From assembly GCA_030867685.1 (NCBI GenBank), contig JAQOWU010000004.1:1-64000 (forward strand): a stretch of 64,000 nt of DNA. The letters run 5' to 3'. The notes beneath the pieces were generated by a model, which did not search any database, had not been told where the DNA came from, and was given only the letters and a program-made list of their open reading frames with translations. The stretch comes from Wickerhamiella versatilis. Lineage: Eukaryota. This document shows, one piece after another, positions 11,514 through 22,044 of the stretch. The number at the start of each line of letters is the position of its first letter. Position 1 is the first letter of the stretch. The position numbers and the translations under genes were made by a program.

Positions 11514-13160
11514 TCATCTTACGAATCTAAAATCAAGACGTTTGTTTCCCTTATCCCTGGTTTTTTGCAGGTAATTGGCCTTTTCCTCAGGACCCATAGA
11601 GTTCCAAACTTTATCTTTCTGGTGATTCTTCCACTGATACCAGTAATTGCTGAGAAGAATTAAAGTCATGGAAAGTAAAGAAATTTCAAGCAGCCTAGTA
11701 ACACCATGTTGGAGTACTGAAGATAGATGCTCGATATCCCCCCTGAAGACGTTGGCCGCTATTATGCCCCCAGCTTGTGAAAACATATTTACTAGAGCTG
11801 TGGAAACAGTTCTCAGACCAACATCTCCAGAGTTGTGTGAACACCATGACACGCTCATAGGTGTAACACTAGGGCCACTTAGTGCAACGAAGAGTATGGT
11901 GAAACATCTCCACTTGTACAGTAGGATATCAGGTTTTAATTTTAACAAAACGAGACACGGAATAATCCAAAGCGGAGTAATCAACATGAAGACCGAGTAT
12001 CTGTTACAACGACTGGTCAACCACGCGATTAGAAGTAACGAGAATATGGCAAGAAGCTGGTTCGGAATCATGAGTAAATTTGTTTCGAAAGTTGAAAATC
12101 CTGCAGTTCTGAGGATTATTGGCTGGTAGAGGCCAATCGCTGATGAACTTACGTCGCCCAATACTCTCACAAGATAAATGGGCCACATGTCTACATTCAT
12201 CACAGAGGACCAGAGGTCTCCTAGAGAGAGTTGCTGGCGATTGTTCATCGATCCCTTGGCAGGATCATCGCGTAAAATGCGATTGACAACGATTTTTTCC
12301 TGCCTCCTACTGTACCAACCCTGCGGGCAGAGCCAAGATTTGGTCTGCGAAGGCGATGCTGTCATGAAAAAAAAAGACGCAAGACCAACGAATAGGGTAA
12401 GAGAGCCTTCTAATATGAAAATCCACTGCCATCCTGCTAAATTGCCGATATCTTCCATATGGAAAATTGCAAAGGCCATTAAGGAAGTCAGAGCTTGAAC
12501 CAAGGGATTGGCGATATAGAAGATGCCAAGTCTAAAAGCAAGCTCGGGACCAGTGTAGAAGTAGGACAACCACAAGCTTATGACTGGTATGAACCCACCT
12601 TCTAATATGCCTACGATTGCCCTCATACATAGAAAGGATGTGCGGGATCTAATCATACTCTGCAGAATTACTGCCACCGACCATAGCGTCATTTGGAGAG
12701 GAATAAAGCGGTCAGGCCCAACCCTCTTGGAAATGATGCTTGATGGCAACTCTGCTGCTAGGAAACAAAACAGATTGATAGTTGTACCGAGATTGTAGTC
12801 ATCGTTATTGATTCCTATATCGCCAAAAAAGGTTCCTGTGATAGCAGTTTTCATGTTGGTTCGATCAATGTTGAGGCAAACGAATGCGATTAATGCGAAT
12901 GTAATTGCATGGATATCTGTTTTCCGTACAACTTTTTGTTCCTCCGACAAATCCCATTCCATCTCAGGATCTAATAAATGTAGACCCTCGTATGCTACTG
13001 AACCATAAATTGCTTGCCAATACTTTGACAAGGTATCATCAATAAATACATCGGATCGATTCGACCCAGAAGAGTATCTCTGTCTCTGAAGCCGTGGATC
13101 ACCATTAGACTCATTTCTTATCAAAGAAGTTCGTTCAGATTGTCCGACATTGCGATCCAT
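11514..13160 (-). CDS. MFS anion:cation symporter, Soa1/YIL166C-like (sulfonate/sulfate transporter family)
   Basis: FLAAELPSSIISKRVGPDRFIPLQMTLWS, VNRILRDDPAKGSMNNRQ, C-terminal DKGNKRLDFRF. Start trimmed to ATG 13160 (ORF extends to 13325). Confidence 0.8.
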   Translation of the reverse strand: MDRNVGQSERTSLIRNESNGDPRLQRQRYSSGSNRSDVFIDDTLSKYWQAIYGSVAYEGLHLLDPEMEWDLSEEQKVVRKTDIHAITFALIAFVCLNIDRTNMKTAITGTFFGDIGINNDDYNLGTTINLFCFLAAELPSSIISKRVGPDRFIPLQMTLWSVAVILQSMIRSRTSFLCMRAIVGILEGGFIPVISLWLSYFYTGPELAFRLGIFYIANPLVQALTSLMAFAIFHMEDIGNLAGWQWIFILEGSLTLFVGLASFFFMTASPSQTKSWLCPQGWYSRRQEKIVVNRILRDDPAKGSMNNRQQLSLGDLWSSVMNVDMWPIYLVRVLGDVSSSAIGLYQPIILRTAGFSTFETNLLMIPNQLLAIFSLLLIAWLTSRCNRYSVFMLITPLWIIPCLVLLKLKPDILLYKWRCFTILFVALSGPSVTPMSVSWCSHNSGDVGLRTVSTALVNMFSQAGGIIAANVFRGDIEHLSSVLQHGVTRLLEISLLSMTLILLSNYWYQWKNHQKDKVWNSMGPEEKANYLQKTRDKGNKRLDFRFVR

Positions 13161-13232
13161 TCGCTCGCTGGTCAGTCTTTTCGTATTTTTCAAGTTGAGA
13201 CGTTGAGGTATTGGAGAGATAGAACGTGATAA

Positions 13233-13240
13233 CACGTGAC
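13233..13240 (-). promoter_or_regulatory. Cbf1/CDEI-type site GTCACGTG
   Basis: Perfect RTCACRTG ~75 nt upstream of ATG 13160, flanked by two ATCACG half-like sites. Confidence 0.45.
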
Positions 13241-13940
13241 TGATGCGTGATGACAGGTTATCTAGAAATAGCTGATGTAATTCGATGTCCTTTAGCTTCA
13301 CCTGTGACTTCGCAGCTTCGGTCATTGCGATAGAGTTGAAGAAATATATGTATATACCAAATAGCTGTTTTTTGTGACTGGTTGGAAGTCATCCGGCAGC
13401 TAGGAACATAAGAGGATTCTAGAATCGTAGCTACATACGCCATGGTGAAAGATGAAGCTAGGCTCATATGTGTAGTAAAATTAAAGGGGGTAGCAGCATT
13501 GATAAGGGTTTCCGTGATCTTCTTTGTTTTTACCTTAATTTCGCTGGTAGATGGTTAATGCGATGATAAAGAGCGCCTTTCTATAGTAACGCATTGCGAT
13601 GCATGAAGAACCGTGAAATATATAGCCGACGGAAGGATCGAAAGTCGATTGGGCAGCACGAACGACGGATGGGAGCATCGAAAGAGTAGATAATTGCATT
13701 TCGAGACGAATGATGACATTTCTAGCCCATATTCATACTGTATTTATGTGATTTCTGGAAAATCAAATCGACCATGGAACAGCGCTGCTATAATTTAAGC
13801 CTTTAGGTTTATATAGAGTAATATAGCTTCGAGAAGACAATTATACCATCGCCCATGTTTCATTCCATTAAGTTCTGAGATTCCGATTAGCAACGATATT
13901 ATTTTTAGATAAAGCGATTATCTTACCAACCAAGGGGCTT

Positions 13941-14000
13941 CTTTCCGGGTTCCTTTCCGGGTTCCTTTCCGGGTTCCTTTCCGGATTCCTTTCCGGATTC
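13941..14000. repeat. Tandem 12-mer CTTTCCGG(G/A)TTC x5
   Basis: Three copies with G followed by two with A, in the divergent promoter region. Confidence 0.95.
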
Positions 14001-14855
14001 TGGGCTATAGAGATCCAACAATTACACTTCCAATCGACATTCCACCTACAAATTCTAGTTCCGGTGCCTTGATACCGTGATTTTGTACACAGAATCTCAC
14101 CGGGGTCTCTCGCCCCACCCCTCCTCGGCTGTACCTGTAATTTTAAGACAGCTTAGATAATTTTGAGACATTAGTTTCTATTGCAGCAGCTGATATGGCA
14201 AAATTGCATCTGCTTTGCATCCAATGATAGCAGGATCTAGGATGGCAATCAAGTTGTAAGGTGTCTCAATTTGATTGTGGATTGGTTTGACATTGCAAGG
14301 TTTCCAGGGGTACGGTGGGCGGGCTAGCCCAACCCTCGGTACCAGCTGAATAATAGTATGAGACTTTTTGGGGGTGTTGGAAACATACAAGATAGCTTAT
14401 ACAGGAATGAACCAATTTTACAGGCTATAAAATTCTAATATCAGTGCAGAGAAACCTACAGAAGCCCTATAAGAGGCGAACCATCATAGATTAGTATATG
14501 AAAATTGCTAATTTTGATTATATAACAATATATAGGCCGCTGCTAAACATGACAAATGGTGAAAGTGCAATCCGCGCGAATCCAACCATAGAGATGGGAA
14601 GTTGTTGATGAAATGTCATACAAACATTGCGAATTATCCCTCTGGAAGGATGTGAAATGTCTCTGTGGTATTTGGGATCATTCTACATAGTATGGTGCCA
14701 TATGGTCATGCGAAGATCAGTGCGACATGCATGAGATCGGAATATCATATTCCGAGTTATTGCTCGTTTACAGTCGTGAATAATCATATAAATTAGTGCT
14801 TATTCTTTTCTTGTAAGTTATATATTTAACGAAACCTCAACACGAAATCCAAACA

Positions 14856-17800
14856 ATGAAAGTATACGAGTCAATTCAAGCTCTTCCACCTATCCCTAGC
14901 TGCTTGAATTCCATAGTTGGACTATTATCAACTACACCATTTGTGCTCAAATATAACAAGTTGGCCTTCATAGATGGAGTAAGCGGTCAAGGAATCACAT
15001 TCGGCCAGCATAAAAGCCTTATTCCCAGGATAGCTGCCGTATTACATGAAAAATTCGAGATCAGCCAAGGGGATGTGGTGATGCTTGTTGCCAGAAACAA
15101 CATCTTAACACCAGCCATACATCATGCGACGATGTGGCTGGGTGCTGTTATGGCCCCTGTGCATGCTCAGTACAAGTCGGCAGAGCTTGTCCACCATATA
15201 AAGTTGTCAAAGCCTAAGATTCTATTGACTGATGATGTTTCTACTTCCATTGAAGCATGCAAGCTTGCGGAACATAACATAGAGGTTGTCGAATACTCCG
15301 ACTTGGTGCCACGGCTCCTTAACCTGATTGATAACGATGATGCTAAACAAATTGATCCCGTTCCTGTAGGTCTTGATGCCACTGGTGTTCTGTGTTTCTC
15401 ATCAGGCACATCAGGGCTGCCGAAGGCCGTTGAGCTGACTCACTATAACCTGCTTCAACATGCATTTCAAATTAGCCAAATTGGGGCTCCTTACACGGGA
15501 AATGATGATCTCGTCGTAGGTGCGTTTTTACCACTAAGCCATGCTTATGGACTGTATATTTACCAATGGGGTTCAGTTGTACAGGGCAGGACTGTTGTCC
15601 TGTTTAACCGATTTGATTTAGAGGAGATATTGCAAGGATGCTTACATTATGGGGTCGCTATTATTTATACAGTCCCATCTATTCTACTCGTACTTGGTAA
15701 GGATCCCTTAGTCGACCTATATCCGAAGTTCAAGGAACAACTCAAATATGTCATATCATCGGCTGGCAGTTTGTCTAGGTCTAGCGGAGAGGTATTGACT
15801 AAACGAATACCTGGTGTAAATATTATTCAGGCATATGGACTTTCTGAGACGCTTCTTACGTTTACAGGAGTTGATCGTGATGAGTATGACATAGACACTG
15901 TCGGGTGGCTAATCCCGGGCACGCAAGCGCGCCTAGTTAGCCCTGAAACTGGCGATGACGTGCCCTTGGGTGCGTCTGGCGAAATTTGGTTACGCGGACC
16001 ACAAATCATGAAAGGATATCTAGACAACCCAAAAGCCACCGCTGAAACGAAAACCTCGGAAGGGTGGCTGAAAACTGGGGATGTAGCCGTGACTGATGAG
16101 ACTGGCCAATTAAAAATTGTTGGTCGCATAAAAGAGCTTATCAAGTCAAAAGGCTATCAGATTGCCCCGGCAGAACTAGAAGGTATCCTTGTCACCCATC
16201 CTAACGTAATTGATGCGGCTGTTATCGGGGTTCCAGATTCCACAAAGACTACCGAACTTCCTCGAGCATTCTTGGTTCTCCGGGATAAAGCTGATATCTT
16301 TCCCATTATCCAGTGGTTCAACAAAAAAGTGTCACCTCAGAAACGCCTTTCAGGAGGTGGCGTCATCGTGGAAAAGATACCTGTGGGTGCAACAGGTAAG
16401 ATCTTGCGCAATGTCCTTCGAGAGCTCCAGGTCAAACCAGAAGATGTTCAAGGTAGCAACATAGTCGACTTACAGAATATTAACGTTGGCTACTTGAAGA
16501 ATCAGGCACGAGGTTCATCTGTGTTGCAATCAGTCATCGACACCGCTATAACTCTCCTAGGTAACCCAGAGAACGCCAGACCAGACTCGAGTTTTAGTGC
16601 CCTAGGTGGGGATTCACTGATAGCCTTGCAATATGTGAATATATTGCGTGAAATATTCAATATTTCAGTACCTGTGGCATTGGTCACCAGTCCGACCACG
16701 GACCTTCAATCAATTGCAGAACACATCGAACTACATATTGGGGGGTCCAGTACACGGCCGACGTACGAAGATATTCATGTTAATGGCGATAAAGAGGTGC
16801 TGGCTTCAGAATTAACACTAGACAGGTTTATGAGTAGTGCCACACTGGCAAACGCTTCCTCCTTACCACCGGCCAATCCGGAACAACCCCGGGTCATTCT
16901 GTTAACGGGGGCAACTGGCTTCCTTGGAGGCCAACTTGCCTTGGAATTATTAGAGGAGATGGTGAAAGTAGATGGGAAAGTGATCTGCTTGGTCCGCGCA
17001 AAAAGCGAGGCTGAAGCGCGAACTCGATTATACCGCTCTTTTGATAAGGGTAACCATGATTTACTGCAATACTTTAACAGGCTAGCCGATGACCATCTTG
17101 AGGTGCTAGCCGGCGATAAATCTGAGGAGAATCTAGGTCTGGACGAATCCACGTGGCAGAGACTCTCGCATGATGTCGACCAGATTGTTGATTCGGCAGC
17201 ACTCGTCAACCACGTTCTTCCATACTATGAACTTTTCGGTCCCAATGTAGTTGGTACCGCAGAATTGATCCGATTAGCTATTACATCGAAACTCAAGCCA
17301 TTTACCTACGTTTCCACCATTGCTGTCGGCCAAGGAGTGTCACCTAGCGATTTTATCGAGGACAGCGATGTGCGACAAATGAGTTCGTTGCGGAAGATTG
17401 ATAGCAGTTATGCAAATGGCTATGGAACCAGTAAGTGGGCAGGTGAAGTATTGCTTAGAGAAGCTCATGACCTATGTGGGCTTCCTGTTTCGGTCTTTCG
17501 ATCTGGAATGATATTAGCAGGTACAAAGTACTTAGGCCAGATCAATGAAAATGACATGTTCACCAGGATGCTTATGAGCCTGGTCGTGACCGGGATAGCC
17601 CCATACTCCTTTTATGAGCTAGATGCTGGCGGTAGGCGCCAACGGGCTCACTATGCTGGACTACCGGTTGATTTTGTCGCAAAATCAATCACTAAATTGG
17701 GCTCCTCAAGGGAAGGTTTTGCTACATACCATGTGATGAACTGTCACGATGATGGTATCGGGATGGATGAATATGTTGACTGGTTGACTTCTTCAGGTTA

Positions 17801-18077
17801 CCATATCAAGCGGATTCCAGAGTACTCAGAGTGGTTGCAGCAATTCGAAACCAGCTTAAGAAGCCTTCCAGCCAAGCTGCAAGCTGCATCATTACTGCCC
17901 TTGTTACACAATTATCAAAAGCCAGAAGCACCACAATGTGGGTCCACTTATAACAGTGAAGTATTCCGTGAAGCAGTTAAGAAGGCTGAGATTGGGCCAA
18001 CCAAAGACATCCCCACCATTGATCAGTCATTAATCGCCAAATATATAGTGGAGTTGCAACATCTTAACTTGATATAG
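14856..18077 (+). CDS. NRPS-like A-T-R carboxylic acid reductase; 4CL/luciferase-like A domain fused to actinobacterial CAR-like T and R domains
   Basis: A: FSSGTSGLPKAV, QAYGLSE, WLKTGD, GRIKELIKSKGYQIAPAELE, GKILR. T: LGGDSL (Ser codon 16614). R: LLTGATGFLG, AALVNHVLPY, YANGYGTSKWAGEVLLREAHDLCGLPVSVFR. Confidence 0.9.
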   Translation: MKVYESIQALPPIPSCLNSIVGLLSTTPFVLKYNKLAFIDGVSGQGITFGQHKSLIPRIAAVLHEKFEISQGDVVMLVARNNILTPAIHHATMWLGAVMAPVHAQYKSAELVHHIKLSKPKILLTDDVSTSIEACKLAEHNIEVVEYSDLVPRLLNLIDNDDAKQIDPVPVGLDATGVLCFSSGTSGLPKAVELTHYNLLQHAFQISQIGAPYTGNDDLVVGAFLPLSHAYGLYIYQWGSVVQGRTVVLFNRFDLEEILQGCLHYGVAIIYTVPSILLVLGKDPLVDLYPKFKEQLKYVISSAGSLSRSSGEVLTKRIPGVNIIQAYGLSETLLTFTGVDRDEYDIDTVGWLIPGTQARLVSPETGDDVPLGASGEIWLRGPQIMKGYLDNPKATAETKTSEGWLKTGDVAVTDETGQLKIVGRIKELIKSKGYQIAPAELEGILVTHPNVIDAAVIGVPDSTKTTELPRAFLVLRDKADIFPIIQWFNKKVSPQKRLSGGGVIVEKIPVGATGKILRNVLRELQVKPEDVQGSNIVDLQNINVGYLKNQARGSSVLQSVIDTAITLLGNPENARPDSSFSALGGDSLIALQYVNILREIFNISVPVALVTSPTTDLQSIAEHIELHIGGSSTRPTYEDIHVNGDKEVLASELTLDRFMSSATLANASSLPPANPEQPRVILLTGATGFLGGQLALELLEEMVKVDGKVICLVRAKSEAEARTRLYRSFDKGNHDLLQYFNRLADDHLEVLAGDKSEENLGLDESTWQRLSHDVDQIVDSAALVNHVLPYYELFGPNVVGTAELIRLAITSKLKPFTYVSTIAVGQGVSPSDFIEDSDVRQMSSLRKIDSSYANGYGTSKWAGEVLLREAHDLCGLPVSVFRSGMILAGTKYLGQINENDMFTRMLMSLVVTGIAPYSFYELDAGGRRQRAHYAGLPVDFVAKSITKLGSSREGFATYHVMNCHDDGIGMDEYVDWLTSSGYHIKRIPEYSEWLQQFETSLRSLPAKLQAASLLPLLHNYQKPEAPQCGSTYNSEVFREAVKKAEIGPTKDIPTIDQSLIAKYIVELQHLNLI

Positions 18078-18116
18078 GAGACGCATTTTAAGAATAGTCG
18101 TATATATTAGCCGAAG

Positions 18117-18146
18117 CTGATTGGACAATGCAAAAGAGCCGCTTCA
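18117..18146 (-). repeat. 41-bp dispersed repeat fragment
   Basis: CTGATTGGACAATGCAAAAGAGCCGCTTCA; a second piece TGCAAGATCGCTCAC lies at 18191-18205. Confidence 0.75.
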
Positions 18147-18396
18147 AAGCTACTTTTGGTTCCAAGAGCTTATACTAGAGATATAGCTACTGCAAGATCG
18201 CTCACAATCCAATTGCCCACCTACATTTCAAATCACTGGAATTTGGCAAGGTTCTCAGGGAAAGACACCTTTTCATCATAAGGTGATAAATGTGGCTGAA
18301 AGTACTGCAATTAGAATTGGAAGTTAATATATTCTAAATCCCGCATGAGGCTTTGGTCAATTTATGGTTTTTGCTCTATTAATGACCGAAACGAGG

Positions 18397-18894
18397 CTAT
18401 TTTTTCTTTTCATCACGAGAATTGCGTGGGGCTGGCCATATCACACCAACACTTCTCATGCCTTTGATCATGTCCATGTTTGGGTGCTCGGCCACTACAT
18501 CCCTGTACGAAGGGCTGCCTATCACTGACGACTTAAATTTGTCCATTGTGGCATTTACTTGCTCTTGTAACTCCTTTGGTAGACCGAATTCCTCATATGT
18601 TGCATATAAACAATCCATCATGCCATCCCAGTGCTCCTGGGTCAGCCCCATTCCACGGTGTGCTGTCAACATGCTACGTCCTTTATAAATGATCGGTCCA
18701 CCCCATTCACGGGCAAGAAAATCACTGAAATTCTTATGCTCCTCAAGGAACCGATCCTCACCCATGTGGGCCCATATGTGTTTAATCGATGGATGTACAA
18801 ATGCTTTCTTGAACGCGGCTGATGAGAAAGCGGATATATTGTCGTAGCCACCTAGCTTTTGGTATAACGAGGCCTCACCTGTTTCCACAGACAT
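18397..18894 (-). CDS. Group I truncated (2/2) haemoglobin-like protein with C-terminal extension
   Basis: SLYQKLGGYDNI, WGGPIIYKGRSMLTAHRGMGLT (proximal His). First ATG is 18894; the ORF-track start is a GTG. Confidence 0.8.
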   Translation of the reverse strand: MSVETGEASLYQKLGGYDNISAFSSAAFKKAFVHPSIKHIWAHMGEDRFLEEHKNFSDFLAREWGGPIIYKGRSMLTAHRGMGLTQEHWDGMMDCLYATYEEFGLPKELQEQVNATMDKFKSSVIGSPSYRDVVAEHPNMDMIKGMRSVGVIWPAPRNSRDEKKK

Positions 18895-19229
18895 TTCCGG
18901 CAAGCAAGACACAACAATTCAGAAACCTAAAGTAAAGGTTGCTATCAGCTTATTATTAAGTATAATGATTTATATAACGTGAATCATTGGACTATTAGGA
19001 TTTGTCAGAAAGCTAGTTCTATATACCAACGTCTTTGCAAGTTAGAGTTGCCGTAGGTAAGATGGTAAATTAAACAACCGGTATTTTCTTTCCGATTTTC
19101 AGAGAACTGTGTAATCGAAAAAACTCTTGGACAGTCGCTGATCGAAAGGGTTAAACTAACTTGAAACAAAGATAAGGATGCAGCTGACATAATACAATAT
19201 CTATACCCTCCTGCAAAGACAACCGTAGA

Positions 19230-20204
19230 ATGGTACATTTCAACTACAAAGCAGCAGTTGTACAGGCGGCACCGGAATTCTTGGACCTTGATGCCTCTGT
19301 AAGTAAAGTCATCAGGCTCATTAATGAAGCTGCGTCGGCTGGAGCAAAGCTAATTGTGTTTCCTGAATGCTATATTCCGGGTTATCCATGGTGGATCTGG
19401 GTGATGACTCCCGCTGCTGCTATTGAAAAGGGGTTCGTGAGTCGTTACTACGATAATTCCCTTACTTCTGATAGTCTTCACTCCAAGAAGCTACAGGCAG
19501 CCATTGCGGAAGCGGGGATTACCGTAGTGCTTGGGCTGACAGAACGTATTGGTAACTCATTGTATATCGCGCAATGGACGATTAGTTCAGAAGGAACAAT
19601 CGTCAAGCGTCGACGTAAACTGAAAGCGACACATTGTGAACGCTTTGTATTTGGTGAGGGCGACGGCAGTGATATTTCTGTAAAGGAACTACCTGGCATC
19701 GGGAAATTGGGGGCTTTGAGTTGCTGGGAACATATACAGCCCCTAGTGAAATATGCAATGTATTCTCAAGAAGAACAAGTACATGCCGCGGCCTGGCCGA
19801 GCTTTTCGGTTTATACCAATCTTACATCGTCGCTCAGTACAGATGTCAATACTGCAGTGGCTAGAACGTATGCAATTGAAGGCGGGTGCTTCGTGCTTTC
19901 CTCCTGTGCCACAGTTTCTGACAAAATGATCGACGAGCTTTGTGGGGATGATCCTGAAAAGCTGAGGCTTCTTCAAGCAGGAGGAGGGGCTGCGAGAATC
20001 TATGGCCCAGATGGTACCGAACTCGCCGAGCCGTTAGCACCCAACGATGAAGGGATTTTGTACGCAGAGGTTAATAGCCGGTTCATTGATATCGCTAAGA
20101 GTACTGCTGACCCTATAGGCCACTATTCGCGCCCCGATGTCCTCCGATTAATGTTCAATCCTGAGAAACAGGAAAGAGTTGAGGATTTCACAGAAGAGCC
20201 TTAA
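19230..20204 (+). CDS. Nitrilase (carbon-nitrogen hydrolase, branch 1)
   Basis: Catalytic triad motifs VFPECYIPGYP, RRKLKATHCER, LSCWEH; C-terminal DPIGHYSRPDVL. Confidence 0.92.
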   Translation: MVHFNYKAAVVQAAPEFLDLDASVSKVIRLINEAASAGAKLIVFPECYIPGYPWWIWVMTPAAAIEKGFVSRYYDNSLTSDSLHSKKLQAAIAEAGITVVLGLTERIGNSLYIAQWTISSEGTIVKRRRKLKATHCERFVFGEGDGSDISVKELPGIGKLGALSCWEHIQPLVKYAMYSQEEQVHAAAWPSFSVYTNLTSSLSTDVNTAVARTYAIEGGCFVLSSCATVSDKMIDELCGDDPEKLRLLQAGGGAARIYGPDGTELAEPLAPNDEGILYAEVNSRFIDIAKSTADPIGHYSRPDVLRLMFNPEKQERVEDFTEEP

Positions 20205-20291
20205 GTACATTAGTGTACTACGAAACTGAAGAATGACAGTCTAAGTAACCAGTGTAAACCTCATAGGACTTATAAAAATTTTTAAGTGAAT

Positions 20292-20353
20292 CTGAAGGCT
20301 AGTTGGACAATTCAAGATAAACCACTTACTACCTGGGACTGGTTAAAAAATGC
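20292..20353 (-). repeat. 41-bp repeat, ~1.5 head-to-tail units
   Basis: CTGAAGGCTAGTTGGACAATTCAAGATAAACCACTTACTACCTGGGACTGGTTAAAAAATGC. Confidence 0.85.
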
Positions 20354-20881
20354 GACACGACTCGTTGCACTACTCTTTGCCAATTCACATTTATTCTACC
20401 TGGAAATAATCAGGACCGTCTTTACTTTGAGGATTGTTCATATATGAGGTGGGTTATCGTGCTCTCTCTTGTTAATTGCTAATCACTTAGTGAAGGATTG
20501 CCCAGTGTGGGTTAGTTAATCATGACGAGGTAGCGTATCTTGGCCACTACTCGCGATTGGCGTTGAGGTATCATCCTTAAGTGTACTTGTCTTATTATTG
20601 AAATTTATACAGCACTATCAGACTATCTTCAATGCTCATAGAGACTTTCGTCATATCTGGTGTCGTGCGGCACAGATCCGTAACCAGCCGGCTAAATGGC
20701 CACTAGACTGTTCATGACCCAATCTGATACTTATTCTGATATCCAAACAAGCTAGCTTGCAATATGACGGGGTCTCATATTGTAAACTTACTATGATCTC
20801 AGCCAACATAGATACTAACTGTAAATTCAGGCTTTTTTTTATTGGATTTTTCTCTGACAATCTGGGTTGACGTGTAGGGGT

Positions 20882-20922
20882 GTGGGCTACCTTGCATTGT
20901 CGAACCAGTGTCCGGTAGTAAA
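20882..20922 (+). repeat. 41-bp repeat, about one full unit
   Basis: GTGGGCTACCTTGCATTGTCGAACCAGTGTCCGGTAGTAAA. Confidence 0.9.
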
Positions 20923-21603
20923 TAGAAACGTAATTTCATCGCCAGTGTGTATTATACCTTACCAAATCCAAAGAGCGGCATCTAGAAGTAATCTACCGGG
21001 TGAATGCGAAATGCATGTGAGATAAATATTTGCCCTTGCCTTTTAATCTTCGTTATGCTTTATTGCTTAGCCTCATATCAAACAGGCATTTTATTACAGC
21101 AAACATTTTTTTTGAAGTATTAGACTGACTATACTGCCATACAACGAATTACCGACAATACTCGAGACAGTATGCCAGGTCTCCTGGCATAATATCATAT
21201 AATAGTAAATTCAAAAGCCGAATGCTCGCTGTCCTGCTGGTGCTACGTTTTTTTAGCTCAACCGGTGTAATGACTAAAGATGATAGATACAATAACACTA
21301 AAAATAATTGCCATACTAGCGCTAAACATAGATATTCATTATCTTATCTTCTAAGTTTTGCCGACAACTCAAGTAAGGCATTCCCATCATAAGGTCACTT
21401 GCGCTTCCTTGTCTGCCGTCCCGTAATGATCGCAATTTATTTTCTTCGCTTTTGGAATCACCCTGCTAAATATTAAGTTCCGGAATATTGTCACCAAATC
21501 AGTTATCATATGCCATACATATCTCGATCATATATCTCAGTTAACTTTTAATTGATGGAAATTTTCGGTATTTATTTATTATAACCCACTATTTTTTACT
21601 TGA

Positions 21604-22044
21604 TTAGGCCGGAAACACCTTGATTTTAAGCTCTGAAGAACCTGTAACGTTACTAGGCAGGAGAATCCACGAGCCGCTACCGAAGTCCAATCCATAGAAC
21701 GTCTCAGATCCATCCACCGTGAGATAGCCGTCTTTATCTATGACAGGAATACCTGGTCTATCCTGGCTCAGGAGAACATCACCACCATGTTCTCCCATGT
21801 AGGCGGTCATATTGTACCTCTCCCCACCAGTGGAGATACTGTAGATAGAGGAATCGGCATCAGAGCGGGTGAACGTATTATGGTCATTAACAACGAATAC
21901 CATATTTGTGCCCGCACCCACATGAGTCCCAGCAAGTCCCATTGCACTGAGGCCTTGGGCGCTTGATTCTGTGATGAGAGACACAGTTTCGTCTGCGAGG
22001 GAGAGGCCCAAGAGAGCCAAGGAAGAAATAAGACTGAACTTCAT
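21604..22044 (-). CDS. Small secreted/cell-wall protein (loosely Cwp1/Pga30-like)
   Basis: Signal peptide MKFSLISSLALLGLSLA; DGYLTVDGSETFY resembles yeast wall-protein beta domains. Confidence 0.6.
   Translation of the reverse strand: MKFSLISSLALLGLSLADETVSLITESSAQGLSAMGLAGTHVGAGTNMVFVVNDHNTFTRSDADSSIYSISTGGERYNMTAYMGEHGGDVLLSQDRPGIPVIDKDGYLTVDGSETFYGLDFGSGSWILLPSNVTGSSELKIKVFPA

Noticed and set aside
7872-14396. Very short matches to the 41-bp unit (7872, 13376, 14001, 14376)
   Set aside because: Too short or degenerate to distinguish from chance individually; not counted
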